From Edaphobacter sp. (GTDB lineage Bacteria; Acidobacteriota; Terriglobia; Terriglobales; Acidobacteriaceae), in the NCBI GenBank assembly GCA_050012935.1, contig JBEKGF010000023.1, positions 4,554-68,553 of the forward strand: 64,000 bases of DNA, in the 5' to 3' direction. The position numbers were made by a program, and so were the translations under genes. Positions 8,790 to 17,915 of the stretch are shown piece after piece (within the stretch, counting starts at the first letter, position 1; every line of letters starts with the position of its first letter). The notes beneath the pieces were generated by a model that made no database searches, was not told the DNA's origin, and worked only from the letters and a program-made list of their open reading frames with translations.

Positions 8790-9719
8790 CTAGTTCGAAT
8801 GCCAGGAAATAAGTTCATACACCAGCTTCGCCGCTGCAATATCCTCAATTGCAATCCCCACAGACTTGAACACTACAGGCCTATCCCGCCTGTCCAGCGA
8901 AGCTCCATTCAGCAACTCGCCGATCTCAGCGCTTACCGCCACCTTCGCCAGCAAAATATCCCCGGGCTCCCGCATCGACGCCTCGCGCGACTCCACCACC
9001 ACGGCTCCTTGCATCGCCTCATCATCCAACTCGCGCCGGTCGGGGGTCACCGCCCCCACGGCACAAACCATAGCATCCTTTTTCAGCCATCGACCCTGCA
9101 AAACCGGAACCGGCGAACTCGTCAGCGTCAGCACGACATCCGCGCCCGCCACCGCCTCTTCTGCCGAAGTAACCTCAGCCCCAATCTCCTCAGCAAACCT
9201 CCGCGCATTCACCTCCGACCGGCTCCAGACCCTTATCTCCTCAAATCTCCGCACCAGCACCAGCACCAGCGCCAGCGCCTGCACATGCGACCGCGCCTGG
9301 ACTCCGCTACCCAGAATCCCCAGTACCCTCACATCCTGCCGCGTCAGACAATCCACCGCCACAGCCGACACCGCCGCCGTCCGCATCTCCGTTATCAACC
9401 GCCCATCCATCACCGCCAGCGGTTCACCTGTGTCCGACCGGAACAGTTGAATCATCGCCATGTGCGTATGTTGATTGTGCGCGGCGTTCCCCGGATAGAA
9501 CGTCACCATCTTGGCGCCCATCACTCCACCGCACACTGCCGGCATCACTGCAAACCACCCATCATGCTCGACTACCTTCATCACCGAGCGCAAAGGCTGC
9601 ACGACCCGCCCAGCAGAGAAATTCTTTAGCGCCTCACGGATCGCCGGAATCAGGTCGTCATACGACAACGCCGCCCGCACCTGATCTTCTGTCAGAAATA
9701 ACAGTTTGCCCACCTGCAT
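8790..9719 (-). CDS. Ornithine cyclodeaminase / mu-crystallin family protein
   Basis: GAKMVTFYPGN, MDGRLITEMRTAAVSA, GILGSGVQA and VFKSVGIAIEDIAAA. Start at 9719 avoids overlap with the divergent gene. Confidence 0.9.
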   Translation of the reverse strand: MQVGKLLFLTEDQVRAALSYDDLIPAIREALKNFSAGRVVQPLRSVMKVVEHDGWFAVMPAVCGGVMGAKMVTFYPGNAAHNQHTHMAMIQLFRSDTGEPLAVMDGRLITEMRTAAVSAVAVDCLTRQDVRVLGILGSGVQARSHVQALALVLVLVRRFEEIRVWSRSEVNARRFAEEIGAEVTSAEEAVAGADVVLTLTSSPVPVLQGRWLKKDAMVCAVGAVTPDRRELDDEAMQGAVVVESREASMREPGDILLAKVAVSAEIGELLNGASLDRRDRPVVFKSVGIAIEDIAAAKLVYELISWHSN

Positions 9720-9765
9720 ATGTTCTTCATTATCATTCAGGACTACCTGTGGCACCCTTGTAGAC

Positions 9766-10437
9766 ATGTACCTTGACCCCATCCAGCTCCGAGTTCTCGG
9801 CTCCCTCATTGAAAAAGAGATCACCACGCCCGAAAACTACCCACTCTCCCTCAACGCTCTCGCCAATGCCTGCAACCAGCGCTCCAGCCGCGACCCGGTC
9901 CTCGATCTCACCGAGGAAGAGATCCGCCAAGCCCTTCACTCTCTCGAAGACCTCGCCCTCGTCACCCCGATCCGTGATACTCGCGTCCCTAAGTACGAGC
10001 ACCGCATCCGCACCGTCCTCAACCTTCGCCGCGACGAAACCGCCATCCTCTGCCTCCTCATGCTCCGCGGCCCACAGACTCCCGGAGAACTTCGCAGCCG
10101 CGCCGACCGTCTCTATCCCTTCGACGACCTTGCTTCCGCCCAGTCCACCCTCGAACGCCTCGCAAACCGTCCCGCCACCGACGCAACCGGCAATGAAAAC
10201 GGCCCCCTCACGACCATCCTTCCTCGCCAGCCCGGATCCCGCGAGGCCCGCTACGCTCATCTCCTCGGCGCACTGCCCGAAAAGAGTTCCGAATCTCCTG
10301 CCGATCCGGCGGTCGTCCCAAAAGACTCCCTGAACACCAACCAGCGCATCGAACGCCTGGAGGCCGAGATAGCCTCGCTTACAACCGCCCTCGATCAGCT
10401 CCGCTCACGCTTGGAGCTCCTTGAGCCAAACCACTAA
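9766..10437 (+). CDS. YceH family protein (DUF480)
   Basis: RVLGSLIEKEITTPENYPLSLNALANACNQRSSRDPV, LLMLRGPQTPGELR and REARYAHLLG. Confidence 0.92.
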   Translation: MYLDPIQLRVLGSLIEKEITTPENYPLSLNALANACNQRSSRDPVLDLTEEEIRQALHSLEDLALVTPIRDTRVPKYEHRIRTVLNLRRDETAILCLLMLRGPQTPGELRSRADRLYPFDDLASAQSTLERLANRPATDATGNENGPLTTILPRQPGSREARYAHLLGALPEKSSESPADPAVVPKDSLNTNQRIERLEAEIASLTTALDQLRSRLELLEPNH

Positions 10438-10483
10438 TCCGTATGCTCCAATAGAAGAAACTCCATTGAGGACGCCTTGCGTT

Positions 10484-13147
10484 ATGTCAGACTCCCTCCC
10501 TCAAACCGATCGATCGTCCCAAAGAAGCGGGAACGGTAGACGCAGGGAAGACGTACAGAACGAGCGATTCGCACGCCTCCTCAGCCAGATTACCCAGGGT
10601 ATCGTCTGCGTCGACCGCAACTGGGTCGTCACCTTCGCGAACGACGAAGCGCGCTATCGTAGCCGCATCACTTTGACCGACATCAACGTCAGAACCCTCT
10701 GGGAAATCTACCCGCACCTCCTCGGTTCAGAGCTGGAGCCCATCTATCGCGGCGTCATGGAGACCGGCGAAAAAGCCACCTTCGAGTACTACTCCGAACG
10801 CATCGACGGATGGTTCAACGTCTCCGTCTACCCAACCGACGAGGGCCTTGCTCTCTTCTACCACGACGTTACCGACCGCAAAGGCGCCGAGTTTCTATGG
10901 GGCATTTCGACCCGGCAGCTTCGTCAGGTACTCGAAACCACCACCGACTCCGTCGCCAGCATCGACCGCAACTGGAACATCTCCTTCCTCAATCGCCGTG
11001 CCAAAGAACTCCTCAGTGTTAAAGGCGAACTCCTCGGCAAGAATCTCTGGCACGAGTTCCCCTTCGCCGCTCAGAACGAGGAAACCAACCTTAACTTCCG
11101 CCGCGCCATGGAGGAAGGCATCGCCAGCGAGTTCGAGAGCTTCTTCCCTGATCCCCTCAATCGCTGGCTCTCCATCCAGTGCCGTCCTTTCGAAAATGGC
11201 ATCGTTCTCTTCTTCCGCGACATCACCGACCGCCGCACTGCCGACAGCATCCTCAAGCAGCAACAGGATCTTCTCGCTTCCATTCAGCACGCCGCGCTCG
11301 TTGCAACGTGGGACATCGATCTTTCTACCGGCAAAGTCACCTTTGGCCCAGGTTCGTATCCGATCGCCGGTCATCCGCTTGCGGAGATTCCCACCTTGGA
11401 GTCTTTCCTCAAGTTGGTCGTGCCTTCCTATATCGAGTCGATCCAACGCGCTATCCAGCAGACAGTCGCTACCGGCGAAATGATGCAGGTGGACATCCAG
11501 CTAGTCTCTCCCGACGGCACTCTGGTCTGGGTTGAGAACCGCGCTCAGGCCGTGCTCAAGCAAGGAATGCCTGTTCGTTTGCGCGGCTTGTCCATCGACA
11601 TTACCGCGAGAAAGAGAAACGAAGAGGCCCTCGTCGCCAGCGAAGCGCGTTACCGTGTTCTCACCGACCTCAACCCCCAGGCCGTCTGGATGGCCGACGC
11701 CGCCGGCAATCTCATCTACGCCAACCAGTTCTACCTCGACTGCACCGGCCTCACCCCCGAAACCCTTGGCGACTGGGCCGCCTTCGTCCATCCCGCACAC
11801 CGTGCCCGCGTCGCCGAAGCATGGGCTCACTCCCTCGCCACCGGAGACGACTACGATGTCGAGGCCCGCGTACTCCGATCGACCGACGGCCTTGTCCGCT
11901 GGTGGTGGACTCGTGCCCAGCCCATCCGCGACGACCAGGGAAACATCCTCCATTGGCTCGGTATCGGCATCGACATCGACGATCGCAAGACCTTCGCCGA
12001 AACCCTCCAGCAGCGCCAGGAAGAGACCGAGCGCCAGCGCGTCGAGCTCGAATCCATCTACCAGACCGCTCCCATCGGCCTCTCTGTCTTCGATCCAGTC
12101 GAGTTCCGCTACCTCCGCATCAACGATCGCCAGGCCGAGACCATCGGACTCCCACGCGAGAAGATTCTCGGCCGCCCCATCTTCGAACTGGCTCCCCTCA
12201 AAGGTCTACGGGAGATTCTCGAGCAGGTTGCCAAGGGCCATATCGCCAGAAATGTCTTCCTCGAAGGCGAGCTTTCGACCCATCCCGGCGAGCACCGCTA
12301 CTGGAACGTCAGCTACTCCCCCCTCCGCAACGCCCACGGAACGGTTGAGGCCATCATCGCCGTCATCCTTGAGATCACCAAACAGAAAAAAGCCGAGGCC
12401 GCTCTCATTCAGAGTGAAAAACTCGCCGCCGTCGGGCGACTCGCCAGCTCCATCTCCCACGAGATCAACAACCCCCTCGAGGCCATCACCAACCTCCTTT
12501 ACCTCATTGCCCTATCGGACCAACTCCCCGACAACATTCGTCACTACGTCCAGGTTGCCCAGGCGGAGCTGGCTCGCGTCTGCCAGATCGCAACGCAAAC
12601 CCTGCGCTTCCACCGTCAGGCCGTCCGCGCCACTCATGTCAGCGCGGCCAATCTCGTCGGCGCCGTCCTCGACCTCTATCATGGACGCCTCGCCAACTCC
12701 AACATTCAGATCGATGCCAGCTACTCAACCGAATCCACCGTCCTCTGTTTCGAAAACGACATCCGTCAGGTCCTCAACAACCTGATCGCCAACGCCATCG
12801 ACGCCATGCGCCAGGGCGGTTGCCTCCTCGTCCGCGCCCACGACGCAACCAGCTACTCAGCGGAGCATCTCAACGGAAGGCCAGGAATCCGCATCACCAT
12901 CGCAGACACGGGACACGGCATCTCCCCCGGCGTCCGCGCCCGTATCTTCGAGCCCTTCTTCACCACCAAGGACCTCAACGGCACAGGCCTCGGTCTTTGG
13001 ATCTCATCCGGAATCGTCAACCGCCATCATGGCCGCCTCACCTTCCGCACCTCGCAGGACCCCAGGTTCCACGGCACTGCCTTCTCGCTCTTCCTGCCTC
13101 GCGTCGAAATCCCCACTCCCGTCGAATCCTATGAATCTCGTTCCTGA
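10484..13147 (+). CDS. Multi-PAS/PAC sensor histidine kinase
   Basis: Several PAS/PAC repeats, H-box SHEINNPL, N-box QVLNNLIANAIDA, DTGHG, FFTTK and GTGLGL. No response regulator is adjacent. Confidence 0.93.
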   Translation: MSDSLPQTDRSSQRSGNGRRREDVQNERFARLLSQITQGIVCVDRNWVVTFANDEARYRSRITLTDINVRTLWEIYPHLLGSELEPIYRGVMETGEKATFEYYSERIDGWFNVSVYPTDEGLALFYHDVTDRKGAEFLWGISTRQLRQVLETTTDSVASIDRNWNISFLNRRAKELLSVKGELLGKNLWHEFPFAAQNEETNLNFRRAMEEGIASEFESFFPDPLNRWLSIQCRPFENGIVLFFRDITDRRTADSILKQQQDLLASIQHAALVATWDIDLSTGKVTFGPGSYPIAGHPLAEIPTLESFLKLVVPSYIESIQRAIQQTVATGEMMQVDIQLVSPDGTLVWVENRAQAVLKQGMPVRLRGLSIDITARKRNEEALVASEARYRVLTDLNPQAVWMADAAGNLIYANQFYLDCTGLTPETLGDWAAFVHPAHRARVAEAWAHSLATGDDYDVEARVLRSTDGLVRWWWTRAQPIRDDQGNILHWLGIGIDIDDRKTFAETLQQRQEETERQRVELESIYQTAPIGLSVFDPVEFRYLRINDRQAETIGLPREKILGRPIFELAPLKGLREILEQVAKGHIARNVFLEGELSTHPGEHRYWNVSYSPLRNAHGTVEAIIAVILEITKQKKAEAALIQSEKLAAVGRLASSISHEINNPLEAITNLLYLIALSDQLPDNIRHYVQVAQAELARVCQIATQTLRFHRQAVRATHVSAANLVGAVLDLYHGRLANSNIQIDASYSTESTVLCFENDIRQVLNNLIANAIDAMRQGGCLLVRAHDATSYSAEHLNGRPGIRITIADTGHGISPGVRARIFEPFFTTKDLNGTGLGLWISSGIVNRHHGRLTFRTSQDPRFHGTAFSLFLPRVEIPTPVESYESRS

Positions 13148-13336
13148 GCGATAGAACCCACGATACACGCCACCCCAAAAACCAGACAACGGCGTTGCCG
13201 CTTCGCTCCACCCACTCCAGCCCGCAAAATTCATGATCCCCGTCCATCGCCCGGTTCGACTTGGCAGACAATTGTTCAAAGATCGAAGTATTATTCTCCG
13301 GAGCGCATCACCCACACCGAAGCTCCAGGAGAGCCC

Positions 13337-15193
13337 ATGCAGCCAGCGAAGATTAGACTCCTTCTAGCCACGTTCCTCCTCCTCGTCACCGCCGCGATTC
13401 TCCAGGGCCAAACCACCAACACCACTCTTCTCGTCGATATCGACCACCGCCCCGCCACCTCCCTCAACGGCGACTGGCACGTCATTGTCGACCAGTACGC
13501 CACCGGTCTCTACGACTTCCATCAGAATCTCCGCAAAGACGGCTTCTTCATGAACGCCCCCTTCGATCCCAACGGCCATCCGCAGGACTACAACTTCGCC
13601 AACGCCTCCACTCTCAAGGTTCCCGGCGACTGGAACACCCAGCGTCCCGAATTATTCCGTTACGAGGGTGTCATCTGGTACCAGCGTGACTTCGAGCACA
13701 CTGCCAAGCCCAACACCCGCACCTTTCTCCACTTCGGCGCCGCCAACTACCGCACCTTCGTCTGGGTCAACACTCAAAAAGTCTGCGAACACGAAGGCGG
13801 TTTCACTCCCTTCGACTGCGACATCACCAGCGTCCTCAAGGACAGCCAAAACTTCGTCGTCGTCGCCATCGATAACACCCGCCTCGCCGACGGCGTCCCT
13901 ACCCTTCAGACCGACTGGTGGAACTACGGCGGCCTGCACCGCGACGTCTCCCTCGTCGAAGTCCCAGCGCAATTCATCGACGACTACGACCTCCACTTAA
14001 GCCGCACCGATCACAACCTCATCGAAGGCTACGTTCACGTCGAGGGCGCACCCGCCGGCACGGAAGTCGCCATCGCTATTCCAGAGCTGAATGCCTCAGC
14101 CAAAGCAACGGTAGACGCTGGCTCCCGGGCAACGATCCATCTCACCGCAAAATCCCTCAGTCTCTGGTCCCCCGAAAATCCAAAGCTCTACAAAGTCGAG
14201 CTCTCCTCGGGCACTGACAAACTCGAAGACGAAATGGGCTTCCGTACCATCGAAACCCGCGGCACTCAAATCCTGCTCAACGGCCAGCCGGTCTTCCTTC
14301 GCGGTATCTCCATCCACGCGGAAGCCCCCTACCGTACCGGCCGCGCCTACTCCCAAAAAGACGTCGACACCCTTCTCGGCTGGGCCAGGGAACTAGGTTG
14401 CAACTACGTTCGCCTCGCCCATTACCCCCACGACGAACGCATGACCCGCACCGCCGACCGTCTCGGCCTCATGGTCTGGTCGGAGATCCCCGACTACTGG
14501 GCCCTCCAGTTCGACAACCCCGCCGTCCTCTCAAAATCCAAACAGCAACTCGGTGAGATGATTCGTCGCGACCGCAACAAAGCCTCCATCGTTCTCTGGT
14601 CCGTCGCCAACGAAACCCCCAACACCGAGGCCCGCACCAAATACCTCACCGCCATGGTCGACCTCGCCCACCAGCTCGACCCCACCCGCCTCGTCACCGC
14701 CGCACTCCTCGTCCGCACCGAGAAAAACCCCAACGGCCAGGGCACCTTGAAAATCGTAGACGATCCCCTCGGTAACGCCCTCGATGTCCTCGGCACAAAC
14801 GAGTACATCGGCTGGTACGAGCAACACGCAGAGGGCGCCGACACCACCACCTGGGACATCCGCTACCAGAAGCCTCTCATCATGTCCGAGTGGGGCGGCG
14901 ACGCCAAAGCCGGCAACCACGCCCCGAAAGGCAGCGCCACCCCAGCCCTCTGGACCGAGGAGTACCAGGCCGAGATCTACCACCATCAGATCGCAATGCT
15001 CAATAAAATCCCGCAACTCCGCGGCACCAGCCCCTGGGTCCTGATGGACTTCCGTTCCGACCGCCGCGTCAACCCCGGCCTCCAGGACAACTTCAACCGC
15101 AAAGGCCTTATCTCCGACCAGGGCGCCAAAAAGCAAGCCTTCTTCATCCTGCAAAAGGCCTACAAAGAAAAATCCCTCGGCAAACCCGAGTAG
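13337..15193 (+). CDS. Beta-glucuronidase-like glycoside hydrolase family 2, secreted
   Basis: Signal peptide, HEGGFTPF, WWNYGGLHRDV, RLAHYPH, acid/base WSVANE and nucleophile region MSEWG. Confidence 0.9.
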   Translation: MQPAKIRLLLATFLLLVTAAILQGQTTNTTLLVDIDHRPATSLNGDWHVIVDQYATGLYDFHQNLRKDGFFMNAPFDPNGHPQDYNFANASTLKVPGDWNTQRPELFRYEGVIWYQRDFEHTAKPNTRTFLHFGAANYRTFVWVNTQKVCEHEGGFTPFDCDITSVLKDSQNFVVVAIDNTRLADGVPTLQTDWWNYGGLHRDVSLVEVPAQFIDDYDLHLSRTDHNLIEGYVHVEGAPAGTEVAIAIPELNASAKATVDAGSRATIHLTAKSLSLWSPENPKLYKVELSSGTDKLEDEMGFRTIETRGTQILLNGQPVFLRGISIHAEAPYRTGRAYSQKDVDTLLGWARELGCNYVRLAHYPHDERMTRTADRLGLMVWSEIPDYWALQFDNPAVLSKSKQQLGEMIRRDRNKASIVLWSVANETPNTEARTKYLTAMVDLAHQLDPTRLVTAALLVRTEKNPNGQGTLKIVDDPLGNALDVLGTNEYIGWYEQHAEGADTTTWDIRYQKPLIMSEWGGDAKAGNHAPKGSATPALWTEEYQAEIYHHQIAMLNKIPQLRGTSPWVLMDFRSDRRVNPGLQDNFNRKGLISDQGAKKQAFFILQKAYKEKSLGKPE

Positions 15194-15240
15194 TCGTTCC
15201 ATAATCAACGAATCAACACACAAAACCATGGGGCAAATCA

Positions 15241-16977
15241 ATGCAATGCGTTCCACGAAGATCGACGAGCCGCAGCCTTCCGCTGGCGCTGCTCTTTCTC
15301 GCTGTGCCTGTTGCGCGCGCTGCTACTGCGCCACCCGACTTCGGCCCCAACGTCCTCATCTTCAACCGCAATACCCCCTCGGCCGATATCCAGGCTCAAA
15401 TCGACAAAATCTACGCTACCCAGCGTCGCAACGAGTTCGGTCCCGAGCGTAACGCCATCCTCTTCCTCCCCGGCGACTACACCGTCGATGTCCCCATCGG
15501 TTTTTACACTCAAGTCCTCGGCCTCGGCGCATCACCCGACAGTGTCCACATCACCGGCAACGTTCACTCCGACGCAGCCGCGCGCAACAACAACGCCACC
15601 ACCACCTTCTGGCGCGCCGCCGAAAACTTCTCCGTTGCGCCCACCGGTGGCGTCATGCAGTGGGCTGTCTCTCAAGCCGCGCCATTCCGTCGCATGCACG
15701 TCCAGGGCGACATCGTCCTCCATCAAAATGGTGGCTGGGCCAGCGGCGGCTGGATGTCCGATACCCTCATCGACGGCAACGTAGCAGCCGGGCCCCAGCA
15801 GCAATGGATCTCACGCAACAGCGAGTGGCACAGTTGGACCGGCGCAAACTGGAACATGGTCTTCGTCGGCATCCCCAATCCGCCCGAAGGTGAGTGGCCA
15901 ATCCCGCCTTACACAAAAATTGCCAGGACCCCCATCGTCCGCGAGAAACCTTTCCTCCAGATCGACTCCTCCGGCAACTACACTGTCCGCGTCCCCGCCA
16001 TCCGTTCCGACAGCTCCGGCATCACCTGGCACGTCGCCACCACACCCGGAAAGACCATCCCCATCGCGCAGTTCTACATCGCCCATCCCAACCGCGACAA
16101 CGCCTCCACCATCAATGAGCAACTCGCGCACGGCAAGAATCTCATCTTCACACCAGGCATCTACGATCTCACCGAACCCATCCGCGTCACTCACGCCAAC
16201 ACGATCGTCATGGGCCTCGGCTTTGCCACGCTGCACCCCGTCAACGGCACCGCCGCCATGACCACCGCCGACGCCGACGGCATCATCATCGCCGGTCTCC
16301 TCTTCGACGCGGGCCCCACCTCCTCGCCAGTTCTGCTGCAGATTGGCCCGGACAAAAGCAAAGCCGGCCACGCAAAAAATCCCATCTCTCTCCACGATGT
16401 CTTCTTCCGTGTCGGCGGCGCCGGAGTCGGCCGTGCCGCGGTCAACCTCCAAATCAACAGCAACGAAACCATCATCGACCACACCTGGATCTGGCGTGCC
16501 GATCATGGTGCCGGCGTTGGCTGGGACTCGAACACCAGCGCCAACGGACTCGTCGTCAACGCCGACAACGTCACCGCCTACGGCCTCTTCGTCGAGCACC
16601 ACCAGCAGTTCCAGGTCCTCTGGAACGGCAACGGCGGCCGCACCTACTTCTATCAATCCGAAATCCCTTACGACCCACCCGACCAACCCAGCTTCACCAG
16701 TGCCCCGGGAACCAACGGATGGGCCTCCTACAAAGTCGCCGGCAACGTCGCCTCTCATGAAGCCTGGGGTCTCGGCATCTACAGCGTCTTCCGCCATCCT
16801 GATGTCGTCCTTACCCGCGCCATCGAGGTTCCCGTCAGCCCCAATGTCCGCTTCCACGACATGATCACCGTCGCCCTCGACGACAAAGGCGAGATCACCA
16901 ACGTCATCAACGACACCGGAGGACCCACCTCCGTTGCCCCTCATCGCGTCACGCCCAAGGTCACCAGCTTCCCTTAG
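15241..16977 (+). CDS. GH55-like (bacterial exo-beta-1,3-glucanase/laminarinase type) secreted glycosidase
   Basis: PDFGPNV, NEFGPER, GFYTQVLGLG, TFWRAAEN, WAVSQAAP, GPQQQW, REKPFL, WIWRADHG and FYQSEIPYD match the actinobacterial GH55 pattern as I recall it. Confidence 0.8.
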   Translation: MQCVPRRSTSRSLPLALLFLAVPVARAATAPPDFGPNVLIFNRNTPSADIQAQIDKIYATQRRNEFGPERNAILFLPGDYTVDVPIGFYTQVLGLGASPDSVHITGNVHSDAAARNNNATTTFWRAAENFSVAPTGGVMQWAVSQAAPFRRMHVQGDIVLHQNGGWASGGWMSDTLIDGNVAAGPQQQWISRNSEWHSWTGANWNMVFVGIPNPPEGEWPIPPYTKIARTPIVREKPFLQIDSSGNYTVRVPAIRSDSSGITWHVATTPGKTIPIAQFYIAHPNRDNASTINEQLAHGKNLIFTPGIYDLTEPIRVTHANTIVMGLGFATLHPVNGTAAMTTADADGIIIAGLLFDAGPTSSPVLLQIGPDKSKAGHAKNPISLHDVFFRVGGAGVGRAAVNLQINSNETIIDHTWIWRADHGAGVGWDSNTSANGLVVNADNVTAYGLFVEHHQQFQVLWNGNGGRTYFYQSEIPYDPPDQPSFTSAPGTNGWASYKVAGNVASHEAWGLGIYSVFRHPDVVLTRAIEVPVSPNVRFHDMITVALDDKGEITNVINDTGGPTSVAPHRVTPKVTSFP

Positions 16978-17020
16978 TCTGTATCGCTATCGAGGTGTAG
17001 CTAACCGGCTCATTGAGAGG

Positions 17021-17075
17021 TGTCATCCGGAGCGAAGCCTCTCGCAGTCTTATCGCGAGAGAGGCGCAGCGCGTT
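17021..17075 (+). repeat. REP-like palindrome, family B (TGTCATCC/TTCTGAGCG...)
   Basis: TGTCATCCGGAGCGAAGCCTCTCGC...GCGAGAGAGGCGCAGC hairpin between convergent genes; related copies at 55618, 55711 and 63192. Confidence 0.6.
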
Positions 17076-17128
17076 TTGCTCGATGTCACCCGCGTCGCAT
17101 TTTTGGAAAGTCGCGCCTCCCCCGGCAA

Positions 17129-17848
17129 TCAACTGTTCCCGTAAACCGGCACCGACGCACCCTGCACAACCCCAGCATGATCGCTGCACAAAAACAAAAT
17201 CACCCGCGCGATCTCCTCCGGTTTGGGCCACGTCGCAAAATTCGCATTCGGCATAGCCTCCCGGTTCGCCGCCGTATCGATAATGCTTGGAAGCACCGAG
17301 TTCGCCCTCACGCCAGTACCCTTCAAATCTCCGGCCAGCGAATCGATCATCGCCACCGCTGCCGCCTTCGACGCAGCGTACGCCGACGCGCCTGCTCCAT
17401 GATCGAGCGCCGCCTTCGCCGCAACATTCACGATAGCTCCATGTTTCTGTTGCAGCATCCCCGGCACGACAGCCCGGGCCAGGGCATAACCCGACCGCAG
17501 ATTCAGCGACAGCATCGCATCGAACACCTTCGTCTCCAGCTCCCACAGCTTCACGCCACCCGCGTACCCCCCCACCGTATTCACTAGCGCATCCACCCTG
17601 CCATGTCGCGACAGAATTCCGCCAACAAACTCGCTCGCAGCACGCTCATCGGTGACATCCACCGCAGCGCCTTCCAGCGACTCTGCCTTTGCGCCGGCAT
17701 CGCGTTTCAGCGCAAGAAACTCATCTTCTTTCCAGTACGGCACAATCACCTTCGCGCCTTCCTCCAGAAAAGCGCGACTCACAGCGCTCCCCAAACCGCC
17801 CGTTCCACCCGCCACAACCACAATCTTGCCTGAAAAGTTGATCTCCAT
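17129..17848 (-). CDS. Short-chain dehydrogenase/reductase (SDR)
   Basis: GGTGGLG, NTVGG, YAASK catalytic motif and NSVLPSIIDT. GGAGG SD. Confidence 0.93.
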   Translation of the reverse strand: MEINFSGKIVVVAGGTGGLGSAVSRAFLEEGAKVIVPYWKEDEFLALKRDAGAKAESLEGAAVDVTDERAASEFVGGILSRHGRVDALVNTVGGYAGGVKLWELETKVFDAMLSLNLRSGYALARAVVPGMLQQKHGAIVNVAAKAALDHGAGASAYAASKAAAVAMIDSLAGDLKGTGVRANSVLPSIIDTAANREAMPNANFATWPKPEEIARVILFLCSDHAGVVQGASVPVYGNS

Positions 17849-17915
17849 AGTTCCTCCATCCTATACGCCTGAATCGCCAACCGCGATTCACCACGCCAAA
17901 CACCGCGAGATAGCC

